A stretch of 64,000 nt of DNA from Dehalococcoidia bacterium. Lineage in GTDB: Bacteria; Chloroflexota; Dehalococcoidia; Bin125. Every line of letters begins with the position of its first letter. The first letter of the stretch is position 1. A program made the position numbers and the translations under genes. The notes beneath the pieces are model-generated. The model ran no database searches and was not told where the DNA came from. It saw only the letters and a list, made by a program, of their open reading frames with translations. Location of the stretch: positions 1,341,827 through 1,405,826 of the forward strand of contig OZ244557.1 in assembly GCA_965217625.1 (NCBI GenBank), given 5' to 3'. Positions 19,050 to 29,619 of the stretch are shown here, one piece after another.

Positions 19050-20404
19050 CCCCGGCTGGAGGACTCCGCGATCGTCGCGGCGCCGCTCGCCGGCTTCACG
19101 AAGCGGAACCAGACGGCCGTGATCGCCAGCATCGCGCCCGCCCCGACCAGCCCGACGATCAGCAGCGCGGCGCGAATCCCGATCGAGTCGGCCACGGCTC
19201 CCCAGACGGGGGACAGGAGCGCCTGTGACCCGAACGCCATCATCGTCATCGAGGTCATGCGGCCGTAGTAGGCCGGCTTGGTGTTGGAGAGCATGAGCGT
19301 CTGGTTCAGGAGTAGGAAGCCGGCCCGCCCGACGCCCATCGGGACGGCCGCCAGCATCACCATCCCGTAGCTGGAGACGGAGGCCAGCAGGAAGAACCCG
19401 GCTGCCAGGACCAGGCCCAGGCCCAGCATCGCCGGCCAGCTCAGCGCCGTGCCCACGATGCGCGGGAGCAGCAGGTTGACGATCAGCCCGGCCGCCGCGA
19501 AGACCAGGAAGATGGGGCCGATGTCGGTGGGATCGTGGCCGAGCGCCTCGTCGAGGAAGCCGGGCAGGAGCGTCTGGAAGGCGAAGCCGCAGACGATCAC
19601 CGCGACGACCGAGACCCAGAGCAGGCGCAGCTGGGGATCGCCGAACAGGTAGCGGGCGCCCGCGGACATCTCGACGCGGACCGAGCGCCGGGCGCCGGGC
19701 GCGACGGCGGGTTCGGTGTTGGGCAGCCGCAGCGTCGCCGGCAGGATGAGCACGAACAGCGCCGCCATGAACAGGTAGGTCCCGCCGATGCCCAGCACCG
19801 TGCCGACCAGCACCGCGATGCCCAGCGGGGCGAGCACCTGCGCCCCGGCGTGCGCGATCTGCTGCAGGGCGACCGCGTTGGGCAGCAGGGGCGTGGGCAC
19901 CATCTCCGCCATCCAGGCCTGCCGGGCGGGGCCCATGAACGCGAAGCCCAGCCCCATGATCAGCGTGCCCAGCGTGAGCAGCACGATGGTGATCGCCCCG
20001 GTGAAGACGAGCAGGCCGACGCCGAGAATGATCAGGCCCGGGATGCTCTGCCCGATGAGCACGATCGGTTTCTTGCGCAGGCGGTCGGCGATCACGCCCC
20101 CGATAGGCGCGAGGAAGAACATGCCCACGCCGGATCCCATGGTGGCGATGCCGGCGGAGGTGTTGCTGCCGGTGATGTCGTAGGCGAGCGCCGGCATCAG
20201 CAGGAACGACATGATGAAGGCGGTCGTGGCGACCGAGCTGCTCCACCAGAGCCGGCGATAGTCCGGGTGCGCCAGGGCGGCGAAGGCGCCGCTCTCGCCC
20301 TCGCCGCGGCGGGCGCCGGCCCTGCGCCGGGCGCCGGCGTCCGGGGAGCGGCGGACGGCAGCGAGGGGCCAGTGGCGACGCATGCTCAGCGCAGGGTCCG
20401 GCAC
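19046..20404 (-). CDS. MFS transporter
   Basis: It has 12-TM hydropathy and MFS motif regions. The exact start is uncertain, since several Met lie near the N-terminus. Confidence 0.8.
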   Translation of the reverse strand: MPDPALSMRRHWPLAAVRRSPDAGARRRAGARRGEGESGAFAALAHPDYRRLWWSSSVATTAFIMSFLLMPALAYDITGSNTSAGIATMGSGVGMFFLAPIGGVIADRLRKKPIVLIGQSIPGLIILGVGLLVFTGAITIVLLTLGTLIMGLGFAFMGPARQAWMAEMVPTPLLPNAVALQQIAHAGAQVLAPLGIAVLVGTVLGIGGTYLFMAALFVLILPATLRLPNTEPAVAPGARRSVRVEMSAGARYLFGDPQLRLLWVSVVAVIVCGFAFQTLLPGFLDEALGHDPTDIGPIFLVFAAAGLIVNLLLPRIVGTALSWPAMLGLGLVLAAGFFLLASVSSYGMVMLAAVPMGVGRAGFLLLNQTLMLSNTKPAYYGRMTSMTMMAFGSQALLSPVWGAVADSIGIRAALLIVGLVGAGAMLAITAVWFRFVKPASGAATIAESSSRG

Positions 20405-20509
20405 ATCGCGGCTGGGCCCGAATCGGCCCGGGCACCGATGCCGCGCCCCGGCTCGGCGCGCGGGCCCGGGCGATCAACCGGCAGGACGCAGGGCTCTCCC
20501 GATGCGGGA

Positions 20510-23500
20510 CTACCAGGTGTCAAGGAACTGGGCCCGGCCCCTTCGCAGCGGCTCCGAGTGCGGCACGGAGAGCAGCCCCTGGGCGATCCAGCGACGCGTC
20601 TCGGCCGGGTCGATCACGTCATCGAAGCCGTAGCGCGAGGCCGCGCTCAGCGCGCTGACGTGGTCGTAGGATTCGTCGACCAGGCGCTGGTACTCGGCGG
20701 CGCGCTCATCGACATCGTCGATCTTGGCCAACGCCTCGCGATGGGAGAGCAGCACGCCGGCCTCCATGTTCATGCCCCCGTGTTCGCTCTGCGGCCAGGC
20801 GACGGTGAAGACGGGGGCGCGCGAGTTGCCGGTCATCACGGAGAGCGCGCCCAGCGCGTAGCCGCCACGCAGGATGACGCAGAAGCGCGGCGTCTTGAGG
20901 TTGACGCCGGTGACGAAGAGGCGGCTGCAGTGCCGGATCAGCCCCGTCTTCTCCACCTCCGGGCCGACCATCATGCCGGGCGTGTCGACCAGCGCGATGA
21001 TGGGGATGTTGAAGGCGTCGCAGAGTTGCCAGAAGCGCGCGATCTTGTCGGAGCCGTCGCTGTCGATCGCGCCGCTGATGTAGGCGTTGTTGTTGGCGGT
21101 GAGGCCGAAGGGGTGGCCCTCGATGCGGACGAAGGCGGTGACCGCGCTGAGCCCGAACTCGGGACGCAGCTCCAGCACGGAGTCCTTGTCGGCGAGGAGG
21201 CGGATCACCTCGCGGATGTCGAAGGCGCGCCCGCGCTTCTCGGGGATGATGTGGCGCAGCAGCCGCTGGTCCTCGGACTCCCAGGCGTCGATGGAGCCCT
21301 GGAAGTAGGAGAGGCACTGCTTCGAGGCGGTGATCGCCGCGTCCTGGTCCTTGACGACGATGTCGACGGAGCCGGCGGGGGCGAGGTCGGACATGGGGCC
21401 GACCTCTTCCGGCAGGAACGCGCCCATGCCGCCGCCCTCGATGGTGGCCGGGCCGCCCATGGCGATGAGCGAGTCCTCGGTGGCGATGATGATGTCGGTA
21501 ACGCCCAGGATGGCCGCGTTGCCGGCGTAGCACCAGCCGGCGGTGACGCCGATCATCGGCACGGTGCCGCTCAGGTAGCCCATCTTCTCCCAGGTACGGA
21601 CGTTGGGGTGGCCGGCGCCGGATCCGTCGGTGTCGCCCGAGCGCCCGCCGGCGCCCTCGCAGTGGAAGATCAGCGGCAGCGAAAGCTCGTTGCAGATCTC
21701 CATCATGCGGTCGGTTTTGTCGTGACCGCGCCCGCCCTGCGTGCCCGCGAAGACGGTGTCGTCGTAGGAGATGAAGACGGTGCGCGCGCGCTTGGCGTCG
21801 AAGAGGTCGCCGTTGACCGAGCCGATGCCAGCGACGAGGCCGTCGGCCGGGGTCTTCCAGATCAACTCTTCCCGCGAGCGCTTGCGGCTCTGGCCGGCGA
21901 TCGCCAGCGCGCCGTATTCGACCCAGGTGTCGGGATCGATGAGCTGCTCGATGTTCTCGCGCACCGTGCGCCGGCCGCGGCTGTGCCGCCGCTCGACGGC
22001 CGCGGGGCGGTTCTCGTCGAGCAGGAACTGCCGCCGGTCGAAGACCGCCTGCAGGCTGGGGCGGATGTAGTCGATCGCGACCTCGTCCGCCACCTCGTCG
22101 ACGCCCTCGCCCACGTCGCGCGGCTCGATGAAGGCGAGCGGGTGGGCGTCGTAGACGACCTCGCCGACATCCACCGTCAGCGCGCGGACGATCCCGCCGA
22201 ACTCCGCCTTGATCACGTGCTCCATCTTGAGCGCGCTCATCACGAAGAGGAGCTGCCCGGGTCGCACGGTGTCGCCCTGAGCGACGTGGATCTCCGTGAT
22301 GGTGCCCTGCAGGGGGGCCGGGACCGGTTCGGTGTTGGGCGGGCCGGCGAGCGGCGGGGCCGACTGCGCCGTGCTGTGCGTCGCCGCGCCCTCGCGGAAG
22401 AAGTTCAGCGCCGACAGCGGATCGCGCTTGTCGAGCGCGCCGCCGGCGCCGACGCTGGGCCCGGCCCCGTTGTCGGACGGAGGCGTCTCCACGGCGGCGA
22501 GCGTCGCCACGTGGTCGTCCAGCCAGCGCGTGTAGACCCGGCCGGCGAGGAAGTCGTCGTGGCGCAACACGTTGCGCAGGAAGCTCGCATTCGTGTCCAG
22601 GCCGCCGATCTCGAACTCGGCCAGCGCGCGGGTCAGGCGCTGCGCCGCCACCGGGAACCCACCCGACGGCGCATGCGCGATCACCTTGCCCAGCAGCGAG
22701 TCGAAGTTGGGGTTGGTGCGGTAGCCGGGGTAGCCGAAGGTATCGACGCGGATGCCGGGGCCGGCCGGCAGGTGGAAATGCGTGAGTTCGCCGCCGGTGG
22801 GACGCACGGCGCCGTCGGGCTGCATCTGCTCGGTGTTGACGCGAGCCTGGATGGCGTAGCCCTGCGGCGCCGGGATCGACGCCTGCTCGAGGCCGACCCC
22901 GGCCAGGTCGTCGCCGCCGGCGAGGAGGAGTTGCGACCGCACCAAGTCGACGCCGGTGACGGCCTCGGTGACGGTGTGCTCGACCTGCAGGCGGGGGTTG
23001 GCCTCGATGAAGAAGAAGCGCTCGTCGTGCGTCGCGTCTTGCAGGAACTCGAAGGTGCCCAGGCTGGCGTAGGAGACGGCCGCCGCCATGCGCACGGCGG
23101 CGGCGGCGATGGCCTCGCGCTGCGCCGGTCGCAGCGTGGGGCTGGGGGCCAGCTCGACCAGCTTCTGGTGGCGGCGCTGCACGCTGCACTCGCGCTCGCC
23201 CAGGTGGCTGACGGCGCCCGTACCGTCGCCGATGACCTGCACCTCGATGTGCCGCGCGCGCGGGATGAGCTGCTCGACGTAGACGGCGCCCGATCCGAAG
23301 GCCGCGTCGGCCTCGGACTGGCAGCGGGCGTAGGCCTCGTCCAGCTCGTCGATCGCCGTGACCACGCGCATGCCCCGGCCGCCGCCGCCGGCGAGCGCCT
23401 TGATCACGACCGCCGCGCCCTCGCCCAGGCTCTCGAAGAAGGCCCGCGCCTCGGGGGCGCTGACGGCGCCGGCGGTGCCGGGCAGGACGGGGACATCGTG

Positions 23501-23875
23501 CTCGGCCGCCAGGGCGCGGGCGCGGGTCTTGTCGCCCAGCATCTCCAGCGCCCGCACGGACGGCCCGACGAACGTGACGCCCTGCTCGCCGCAGCGACGC
23601 GCGAAGGCGGCGCTCTCGGCCAGGAAGCCGTAGCCCGGATGGACGGCGTCGCAGCCCGCCGCCGTCGCGACGGCCAGCACGCCCTCGATGTCGAGGTAGG
23701 CGGCGGCGCCCAGACCGGTCAGGGGACGGGCTTCATCGGCGGCGCGTACGTGCAACGAGTCGGCGTCGTCCTCGGAGAAGACGGCCACCGTCGCGATGCC
23801 GAGTTCCTCGGCCGCGCGCATGACGCGGATCGCGATTTCGCCGCGGTTGGCGATCAGGAGTTTGCTGAGCGGCAT
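20510..23875 (-). CDS. single-chain multidomain acyl-CoA carboxylase (biotin carboxylase + BCCP + carboxyltransferase; LCC-type)
   Basis: An N-terminal ATP-grasp biotin carboxylase (MPLSKLLIANRGEIAIRVMRAA) is followed by a central biotinyl domain with the SALKMEH variant of the AMKM motif. A C-terminal carboxyltransferase (AccD/PccB-like) completes a 1121-aa protein. Confidence 0.85.
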   Translation of the reverse strand: MPLSKLLIANRGEIAIRVMRAAEELGIATVAVFSEDDADSLHVRAADEARPLTGLGAAAYLDIEGVLAVATAAGCDAVHPGYGFLAESAAFARRCGEQGVTFVGPSVRALEMLGDKTRARALAAEHDVPVLPGTAGAVSAPEARAFFESLGEGAAVVIKALAGGGGRGMRVVTAIDELDEAYARCQSEADAAFGSGAVYVEQLIPRARHIEVQVIGDGTGAVSHLGERECSVQRRHQKLVELAPSPTLRPAQREAIAAAAVRMAAAVSYASLGTFEFLQDATHDERFFFIEANPRLQVEHTVTEAVTGVDLVRSQLLLAGGDDLAGVGLEQASIPAPQGYAIQARVNTEQMQPDGAVRPTGGELTHFHLPAGPGIRVDTFGYPGYRTNPNFDSLLGKVIAHAPSGGFPVAAQRLTRALAEFEIGGLDTNASFLRNVLRHDDFLAGRVYTRWLDDHVATLAAVETPPSDNGAGPSVGAGGALDKRDPLSALNFFREGAATHSTAQSAPPLAGPPNTEPVPAPLQGTITEIHVAQGDTVRPGQLLFVMSALKMEHVIKAEFGGIVRALTVDVGEVVYDAHPLAFIEPRDVGEGVDEVADEVAIDYIRPSLQAVFDRRQFLLDENRPAAVERRHSRGRRTVRENIEQLIDPDTWVEYGALAIAGQSRKRSREELIWKTPADGLVAGIGSVNGDLFDAKRARTVFISYDDTVFAGTQGGRGHDKTDRMMEICNELSLPLIFHCEGAGGRSGDTDGSGAGHPNVRTWEKMGYLSGTVPMIGVTAGWCYAGNAAILGVTDIIIATEDSLIAMGGPATIEGGGMGAFLPEEVGPMSDLAPAGSVDIVVKDQDAAITASKQCLSYFQGSIDAWESEDQRLLRHIIPEKRGRAFDIREVIRLLADKDSVLELRPEFGLSAVTAFVRIEGHPFGLTANNNAYISGAIDSDGSDKIARFWQLCDAFNIPIIALVDTPGMMVGPEVEKTGLIRHCSRLFVTGVNLKTPRFCVILRGGYALGALSVMTGNSRAPVFTVAWPQSEHGGMNMEAGVLLSHREALAKIDDVDERAAEYQRLVDESYDHVSALSAASRYGFDDVIDPAETRRWIAQGLLSVPHSEPLRRGRAQFLDTW

Positions 23876-24278
23876 GACACAGATCCTTCGCGACCGCTCC
23901 CGCGGGAACGGCCTGGGCTATCGGCGGTGAAACGCACGCCGGAGACGCGCGCCTGACAGAGACCCGCCGACAGCCCAAATCTAGGGGGACTACATACTTG
24001 ACACCACTACAGGCGTTCTTTCTTCATGTAGAGACGGCAGACCGCACCGGGCGGCGTGCGAAACTTCGTGCCGTGGTCGCGCAGCCCTGCACTGCCCGGA
24101 CTGGCCTCCCGCACGTCGAAGTCAATCGCGATCTCGCCTCGCAGCACCTCTGATCCCTCGGGCCCCCCGCGGACTGGGCGATCACCTCGGCCCCAGGTCG
24201 CCCGCCCCCGATCTCGGTGCCGGCGGGCGCCGCGAAGCGGGCTCGCGACGGCCGCGCGGCGAAGCGCCGGTCCAGCCG

Positions 24279-24764
24279 CTAGGGGGCGTCGGCCGCCTCC
24301 GCCAGCTCCTTCACCAGGACGACATCGCCCTCGGGCTCGAAGCCCATGACCGCGGCCAGGGCGAACCCCGCCGCGTTGCTCTCGTGGACCATCGCGTAGA
24401 CGTATCGCGCCCCCACGACGGAGACCAGCGTCTCCGCCTCCGCCATCAGCATCTTCGCGACGCCCCGCCCGCGATGCGTCTCCGCCACCGCCACGTGATA
24501 GATGAAGGCGCGCCAGCCGTCGAACGACGCGATCGCCGCCCCCACCAACGCCCCCTCCGCTTCCGCTACCAGCGCCAACGTCGTCGGACTGCCCACGACC
24601 GCATACCACTCGGCCTCCGACATCGTCGGGAAGCCCACGTCCGACCACAGCGCGAACGCGCCGTCGTGGTCGGCCGGGTCCGCTGGGCGGATGTGCACCG
24701 GACTCGGCGTCTCGTCCAGCGCGAGTCCTGCCGGTTCCGCCGTGTCTGCACTTGGTGTGCTCAT
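24279..24764 (-). CDS. GNAT family N-acetyltransferase
   Basis: A 161-aa protein with the acetyl-CoA binding motif RGRGVAKMLM. Confidence 0.8.
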   Translation of the reverse strand: MSTPSADTAEPAGLALDETPSPVHIRPADPADHDGAFALWSDVGFPTMSEAEWYAVVGSPTTLALVAEAEGALVGAAIASFDGWRAFIYHVAVAETHRGRGVAKMLMAEAETLVSVVGARYVYAMVHESNAAGFALAAVMGFEPEGDVVLVKELAEAADAP

Positions 24765-24809
24765 CGCGCGCCTCGTCTTCCTTGCGCTGGTCGGCGGGCG
24801 AGCGCCCGT

Positions 24810-25244
24810 CTACCAATCGCGTGCCAGCTGCTCCATCGCCTCACGCGCCTGGCCGGCGTCGGCCATCTCCGGCGCCTCCGGGTCGGTCCAGACGCAGTCG
24901 GGCCGGTACGCCCACGTGCCGTCCGACACGTGGGTCCGGCGCCGCAGTCCACCGGCGAACCGGCGCAGCGCAACGCTGAGCGCCTCCGGGGCCTCCAGCA
25001 TCGGGAAGTGCCCGGCCCCGTTGCAGACCGCGATCGACACCTGGGACCGCTCCCGACGCAAGTCGCAGACGCGCCCCAAGGACGTCAACGGGTCCGCGTC
25101 ACCGGCGACGACGAGGGTGAGGCACGGCTCAAGGCGATCGCCTCGCCGTTCCGCACGGCGGAGGCGACGGGACAGGAGATCATTGACCCGCGAGATACCC
25201 GTCCACTGGCCGCCGAGTTCGTGCGCGACGCGCAACGGGTGTTG
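24810..25244 (-). pseudogene. alpha/beta-hydrolase C-terminal fragment
   Basis: LVVAGDADPLTS ... NGAGHFPMLEAPEAL is a typical cap/His region of alpha/beta hydrolases. The N-terminal two-thirds are absent, and their position is occupied by the crotonase gene on the opposite strand. Confidence 0.4.
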
Positions 25245-25338
25245 GCAGCGCAGGTCGGGCCGCCCGTCGCGCCGTATCTGCCCTGACACCCGATTGATCG
25301 TTCCGCAGGCTGAAAGCATCAGGAGTTGGAGGTTCCAT

Positions 25339-26415
25339 ATGGCGTACGAGTGCATCGAAGTTGACCGCCGTGGTGTTGTGGGAGGGATCATCTGGCTCAC
25401 GCTCAACCGGCCGGAGAAGCTCAGCGCGCTGACCCACCCGATGCGCGCCGAGATGAAGGAGGTGTGCGACGCGGCCCGCGACGACCGCAGCGCGCGCTGC
25501 CTGGTCATCACGGGCGCGGGCCGCGGCGTCTGTTCGGGCATGGACATGAGCGGATCATCCGCGGGCGACGTGGCGTTGCCGCCCCGGAGCGAGGGGCCCG
25601 ATCCGGAGTTCGAACGCCTCCGCTTCCGCAACGCGACGAAGACGTTCGCGGCGCTTCGGCGCCTCGAGATCCCCATCATCGCCGGGATCAACGGGCCCTG
25701 CGTGGGTGCGGGCTTCGACCTGGCCTGCCTCTGCGACGTCGCGCTGGGATCGACTGCCGCCCGCTATCAGGTCGCCTACGTCAAGCGCGGCGCGCACGCG
25801 GATCTGGGCGGCTTCTGGGCAATCCCTCGCATCATTGGCCGGCGCAAGGCGATGGACATGATGTTCACGGGGCGCTGCATGGATGCCGAGGAGGCCCACG
25901 CTGCGGGGGTCACCAACTTCCTGGTCGACGCGGAGGACTTCGCGGGCAGGCTGAGCGCATACGCCGAGGAGATCGAGGCCGGGCCGCCGATCGGACAGCA
26001 GGTGGGGAAGGTGATGGCGTACAAAACGGAGTCCATGGACTACGAGAGCGCGCTAGAGCTGTCCGGCATGGTGACCCCGCTCGTCTGGCTGTCGGAGGAC
26101 TACGCGGAGGGCGTGCAGGCGTTTCAAGAGAAGCGCGAGCCGCGCTTCCCCGGGGTTTCGGCGGGCGGGTGCGTTTCCGGACCTGCCGCTCGCGGGACGG
26201 CCTCACGCAGCCCAACCGCCGGGCGAGTGTCAGTCCGCGGCCGCGGCGCTCGCGATCGGGTCCCCATCATGAGCGCCGCTCAGGAGGGGCGAGATCCTGG
26301 TCAGCGATGTCGTGCGCGGGCTGCTGGCGGGCAAGGATCACCCGTTCGGCGACAAGGGTGGGCACGCGCTCAAGGGATTCGAGGAGCCGGTCCGTCCTTT
26401 CGAAGGATGCGATAG
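25339..26415 (+). CDS. enoyl-CoA hydratase/isomerase (crotonase) with ~90-aa low-complexity C-terminal extension
   Basis: ATG 25339 is preceded by aggagttggagg. The crotonase fold ends about FQEKREPRF (~26145), but the frame stays open to 26415 with an Arg/Gly-rich tail, suggesting a lost stop or chance extension. Confidence 0.75.
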   Translation: MAYECIEVDRRGVVGGIIWLTLNRPEKLSALTHPMRAEMKEVCDAARDDRSARCLVITGAGRGVCSGMDMSGSSAGDVALPPRSEGPDPEFERLRFRNATKTFAALRRLEIPIIAGINGPCVGAGFDLACLCDVALGSTAARYQVAYVKRGAHADLGGFWAIPRIIGRRKAMDMMFTGRCMDAEEAHAAGVTNFLVDAEDFAGRLSAYAEEIEAGPPIGQQVGKVMAYKTESMDYESALELSGMVTPLVWLSEDYAEGVQAFQEKREPRFPGVSAGGCVSGPAARGTASRSPTAGRVSVRGRGARDRVPIMSAAQEGRDPGQRCRARAAGGQGSPVRRQGWARAQGIRGAGPSFRRMR

Positions 26416-26726
26416 CGCCGCATCGCGGCTCGCCAGATCGGCCGCGTGCTCAGGTTCGCCGGGGCAGACCCAGCCGTAGACGTCGGCCCGGATCTGCGCG
26501 CCGATCCAGTCGTTGTACGGATTGTTCGCGCACTCGGAGAGGTCGAACCCCGGTTCGCTGCCCCTTGCGAAGGCGTTGCCTGCGCGCTGCAACATGGTCG
26601 CGGAGGCGGCGCGCTCGGCGGTAAAGGTCGTCCCCCCGGGCAGCTGGACTGAGGTGCTCGTCGCGACGGCAAGTTTCACGCCCGGGCCCAATTCCTCTCA
26701 CGATCTCGGTATTCGTCCCCACAGGG

Positions 26727-26967
26727 TCGTGCCCGCGCCCAAGGCGAAGTAGAGGAAGAACGGCTGCCGGGGCCGGTGTGATTGCTTGTCGCGAAGGAAC
26801 CCGATCGCTCGGTCCACGAGGTCCTCCGTGATGTGATAGCCCTCCTCCGGCCGGCGCGGCGGGTCAACGTGGTGGTTGTCGGAGGTCAGCCCCGGATTGA
26901 ACTGGTCCGTCGCCCCCGGCAGGAAGCCGTCGTGGCGGTCGAAGCCGTGGTGAGCACGATGAGGGCA
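26727..26967 (-). pseudogene. sulfatase fragment
   Basis: GFDRHDGFLPG ... PEEGYHITEDLVDRAIGFLRDK ... QPFFLYFALGA matches the sulfatase N-terminal core (DKPFFLY). No start and no catalytic Cys/Ser region are present. Confidence 0.4.
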
Positions 26968-27029
26968 TCGACCTGGACAAGGCGCTGCTCTCTCCGTCGA
27001 TTGGCTTGCTCTGGCAGGCCGAGGTGGAG

Positions 27030-27215
27030 GACGCGGAGCTGGCGGACGCAGACACCCGCGCCGACAACCGCTGGATCGCCGAGTTCTGCTCGGATACGGA
27101 TGGACGGCTCGTGCCATCGCCGCCGCGATCCCGGACGCGCAGGTGCGGGTGGGCTCCCTGGAAGAGTTGCTCCGACTGGTGGACGGGTTCCTCGCGGACT
27201 TGCGCGGTCCACGGC
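27030..27215 (+). pseudogene. amidohydrolase-2 (ACMSD-like) fragment, frameshifted
   Basis: ADNRWIAEFCSDTDGRL is followed, in another frame, by GSLEELLRLVDGF, resembling the NDWLAE ... ELERAV region of the Amidohydro_2 family. Confidence 0.3.
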
Positions 27216-29085
27216 CGGGCCTGGACGACCCGCCCCCGGCAGCGACTCGTCACACGCGTGATCCGGCGGAGGTCCAAGTGCGGCTGAGCCCCAAGGATTC
27301 GCGGCGCGGCCGCGCTGGTCCGTCGGCCTGCAGCGCCTGGTCACTCTGGGGCCATCGGCAGCGCCCCAGAGGAAGAGGAGGGCGTGCAATGCTGCCGGAA
27401 CTCCCCGACACGCTCTGGAGACAGCTCCGTTCACCTCTTGGCGATCCGCCACAGCGACGGTCAGGTCGATTCGAAGGTTTTGGCACTGGTGGCCTACCCC
27501 TAGGTCACTCTCGGACGGGCCCAGCACCCCACCCTGCGTGCCCGGGCACGCCGAGAGCGTGCTTGTGCGGCTCATCCATAAAAGTCGGAGTGCGACGTCG
27601 GGCGGGCGTTCTAGATGGCCCGCCGCCCCTCGCCGCCTCGTTCAGTCAGAGGACCACTTCAGGGCCGGCGCTGTGTCCGTGACCACCCGGCCGGTTTCCG
27701 GCCGCCGAGCGGCGCGAGGAGGCCGCCCCGGGGGCCGCGCCGAACGCTACCGGTCGAGGTCGAGCCGCAGGTCGCCGAGGAGGGCCTCGAAGGCGGAGCG
27801 CTCGGTGTCGGGGGCGGCGCCGAGCTCCGCCGTGACCCGGGCGAGGTCGAAGGCCGGGCAGCCGAGGAGCCCCGTCGCCCGCGCCCAGGCCGCCACCTCC
27901 GGCCCTGCCGCGGCGTCGCCGCCGAGGGCCTCGCGTCGGAGGCGGGCCGTGACCACTCGACAGCCCACCGCAGCAGCCGGCGCGTCCGGCAGCCCGTGGC
28001 AGTGCGCCCGGCCCAGGCGGTGGACCCGGGAGAGGGCGTGGCACTCCAGCACCTCGAGGAGGGTCCACAGCGCCGCCCGCGGCAGCGGCACTCCTTCGCA
28101 CAGCAGCCGCGTCGAGCGCCAGCCCTGGGCCACCCGCAGCAGCGCCGCCACGGTGTCGCCGCCCTGCGGCCCGACGGGCGCGCGGTGTTCGACCACCCCA
28201 TCGGCCTCGTGGGGTCACGTGGCCCGAGACCGCCCGCAGCAGCCTGAGCGCCTCGGGGTACCGGGGCGACGAGGAGCGGCCGAAGACGAGCACGTAGGGG
28301 GACACGGCTCGGGGAACCGGCACAGCCGGCCCGCGGGGCCGGGGGCGATCGCCACCGCGCTGGGCAGGGCCGCGACCACCTCCCGCGTGTCCTCCAGCAC
28401 GCGCCAGGCCGGCGCCCCCACGTCCTCCACCTCCCCGCCCTGCACCAGCCACCCGGGCCGGGTCTCGCCGAGCTCCGCCAGGGGTACCGCCACTGTCCGC
28501 GCGCGCAGCGGGGCCAGCGCCGCTGCTACGGCCGGCGTGGGCTCCAGCCGCTCGAGGCAGCCGCGCACGACGCTGATCGCCTGGGAGCGGGTCAACGGCG
28601 TGGGCGGGTCTCCGGCGACGGGCGCGCCCGCGGGCTCCATGCACCCTGACCCAGCGAGAACGGCGAGCAGCAGCACGGGCGGGATGAGGCGACGAGGCAC
28701 GGGCGAGCCGCCCCCCTGGGTGCGGCCGCCGGAGGAGGGGACGCCGGTGGAGACGTAGAGGACCGGCACGCCGGTCTCGGCGTACTCCCAGGCGGTGCGG
28801 AGGCCCGGGAACGCCGTGCGGAGGACGTCGGCCAACCGCTCCAGGTTCGTCTCCTCCTCGGAGTCGGCGACGAGACTGACCACCAGCCCGTCGAGCTGGA
28901 GCGGGTTCAGGTCCTCCTCCGCGGGAACGTCGACGACGCCGACGCCGGTCTCGTCGGTGAACCGGTCGGTGCGGGCGAGGACGGCGTCGCGAATGGGCAT
29001 CGGCGGGCGCCGTGGGCTGGAACGTATCGGGAAGTCACCCCCGATCCCACCAATTCTGAGGCCAGTACTGATTGTGTAAACAATC

Positions 29086-29532
29086 TTATGCAGATCGGCA
29101 TAACCCCCGGGTGCCTTGTGAGCACTGAAGGTGCTGTCGTTGCCGTCTCCTCCGCAGGAGCGGTGACGGACGAGACAGGAGAGACAGGAGAGACAGGACT
29201 TTAGTGACCGATCCGGTCGGTGGATGTGGGGTTCTGCGAGTCAGGGATCCCCAGGGATGCGCCGGGCAAGCAGCCGTTTGAGCTGCTGCGGGTCGTTGCT
29301 TCGACTTTCGGTCCAGCGCACCGCTCGCAGTCCCCACTTGTTCATGATGTTCGGTCGTGTTGGCCCACCTGAGCTCGATGGCCCGCTCCGTCCGTGCTGG
29401 CAGCGCCGCTCGTGCAGCCTCCAGGTACGGTTCCTTGCGGATCTCACCGTTGCGTTCCGCTTCGAGCATCTCGAAAGAGATGCTTCGCGCGGCCTCGTCT
29501 TCGTCAACCGTCCATCTGTGGCGTTTGGCCAC
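29086..29532 (-). CDS. hypothetical protein, N-terminal ~70 aa Myb/SANT-like (KRHRWTVDEDE ... ELRW)
   Basis: Only the N-terminal third has protein-like composition. The 3' part contains a 9-bp x3 tandem repeat (29172..29198) and is probably not coding. Confidence 0.25.
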   Translation of the reverse strand: MAKRHRWTVDEDEAARSISFEMLEAERNGEIRKEPYLEAARAALPARTERAIELRWANTTEHHEQVGTASGALDRKSKQRPAAAQTAACPAHPWGSLTRRTPHPPTGSVTKVLSLLSLLSRPSPLLRRRRQRQHLQCSQGTRGLCRSA

Positions 29533-29619
29533 CCGGGCCTCCTGCGGTGTTGCTGCAGGATAGTCGGCCGCCGCGGCCGCCCGCTCGTTGCCCAGGCTCC
29601 CTCGAGATAGTGGGCTTTC

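Noticed and set aside
19535-23956. 1473-aa ORF (+) and 827-aa ORF 20706..23189 (-) overlapping the carboxylase
   Set aside because: They are antisense or alternate frames of a well-supported 1121-aa multidomain gene. Their composition is dominated by Arg/Gly/Asp runs.
27538-28758. 406-aa ORF and neighbours (27615..28247+, 27646..28644-, 27659..28201-) as real genes
   Set aside because: They have extreme Arg/Ala/Gly/Pro composition and mutually overlapping frames, and they lie inside the pseudogene and fragment region. Only a weak lipoprotein-like signal (LAGSGC around 28550-28700, minus) could be genuine, and it is too uncertain to call.
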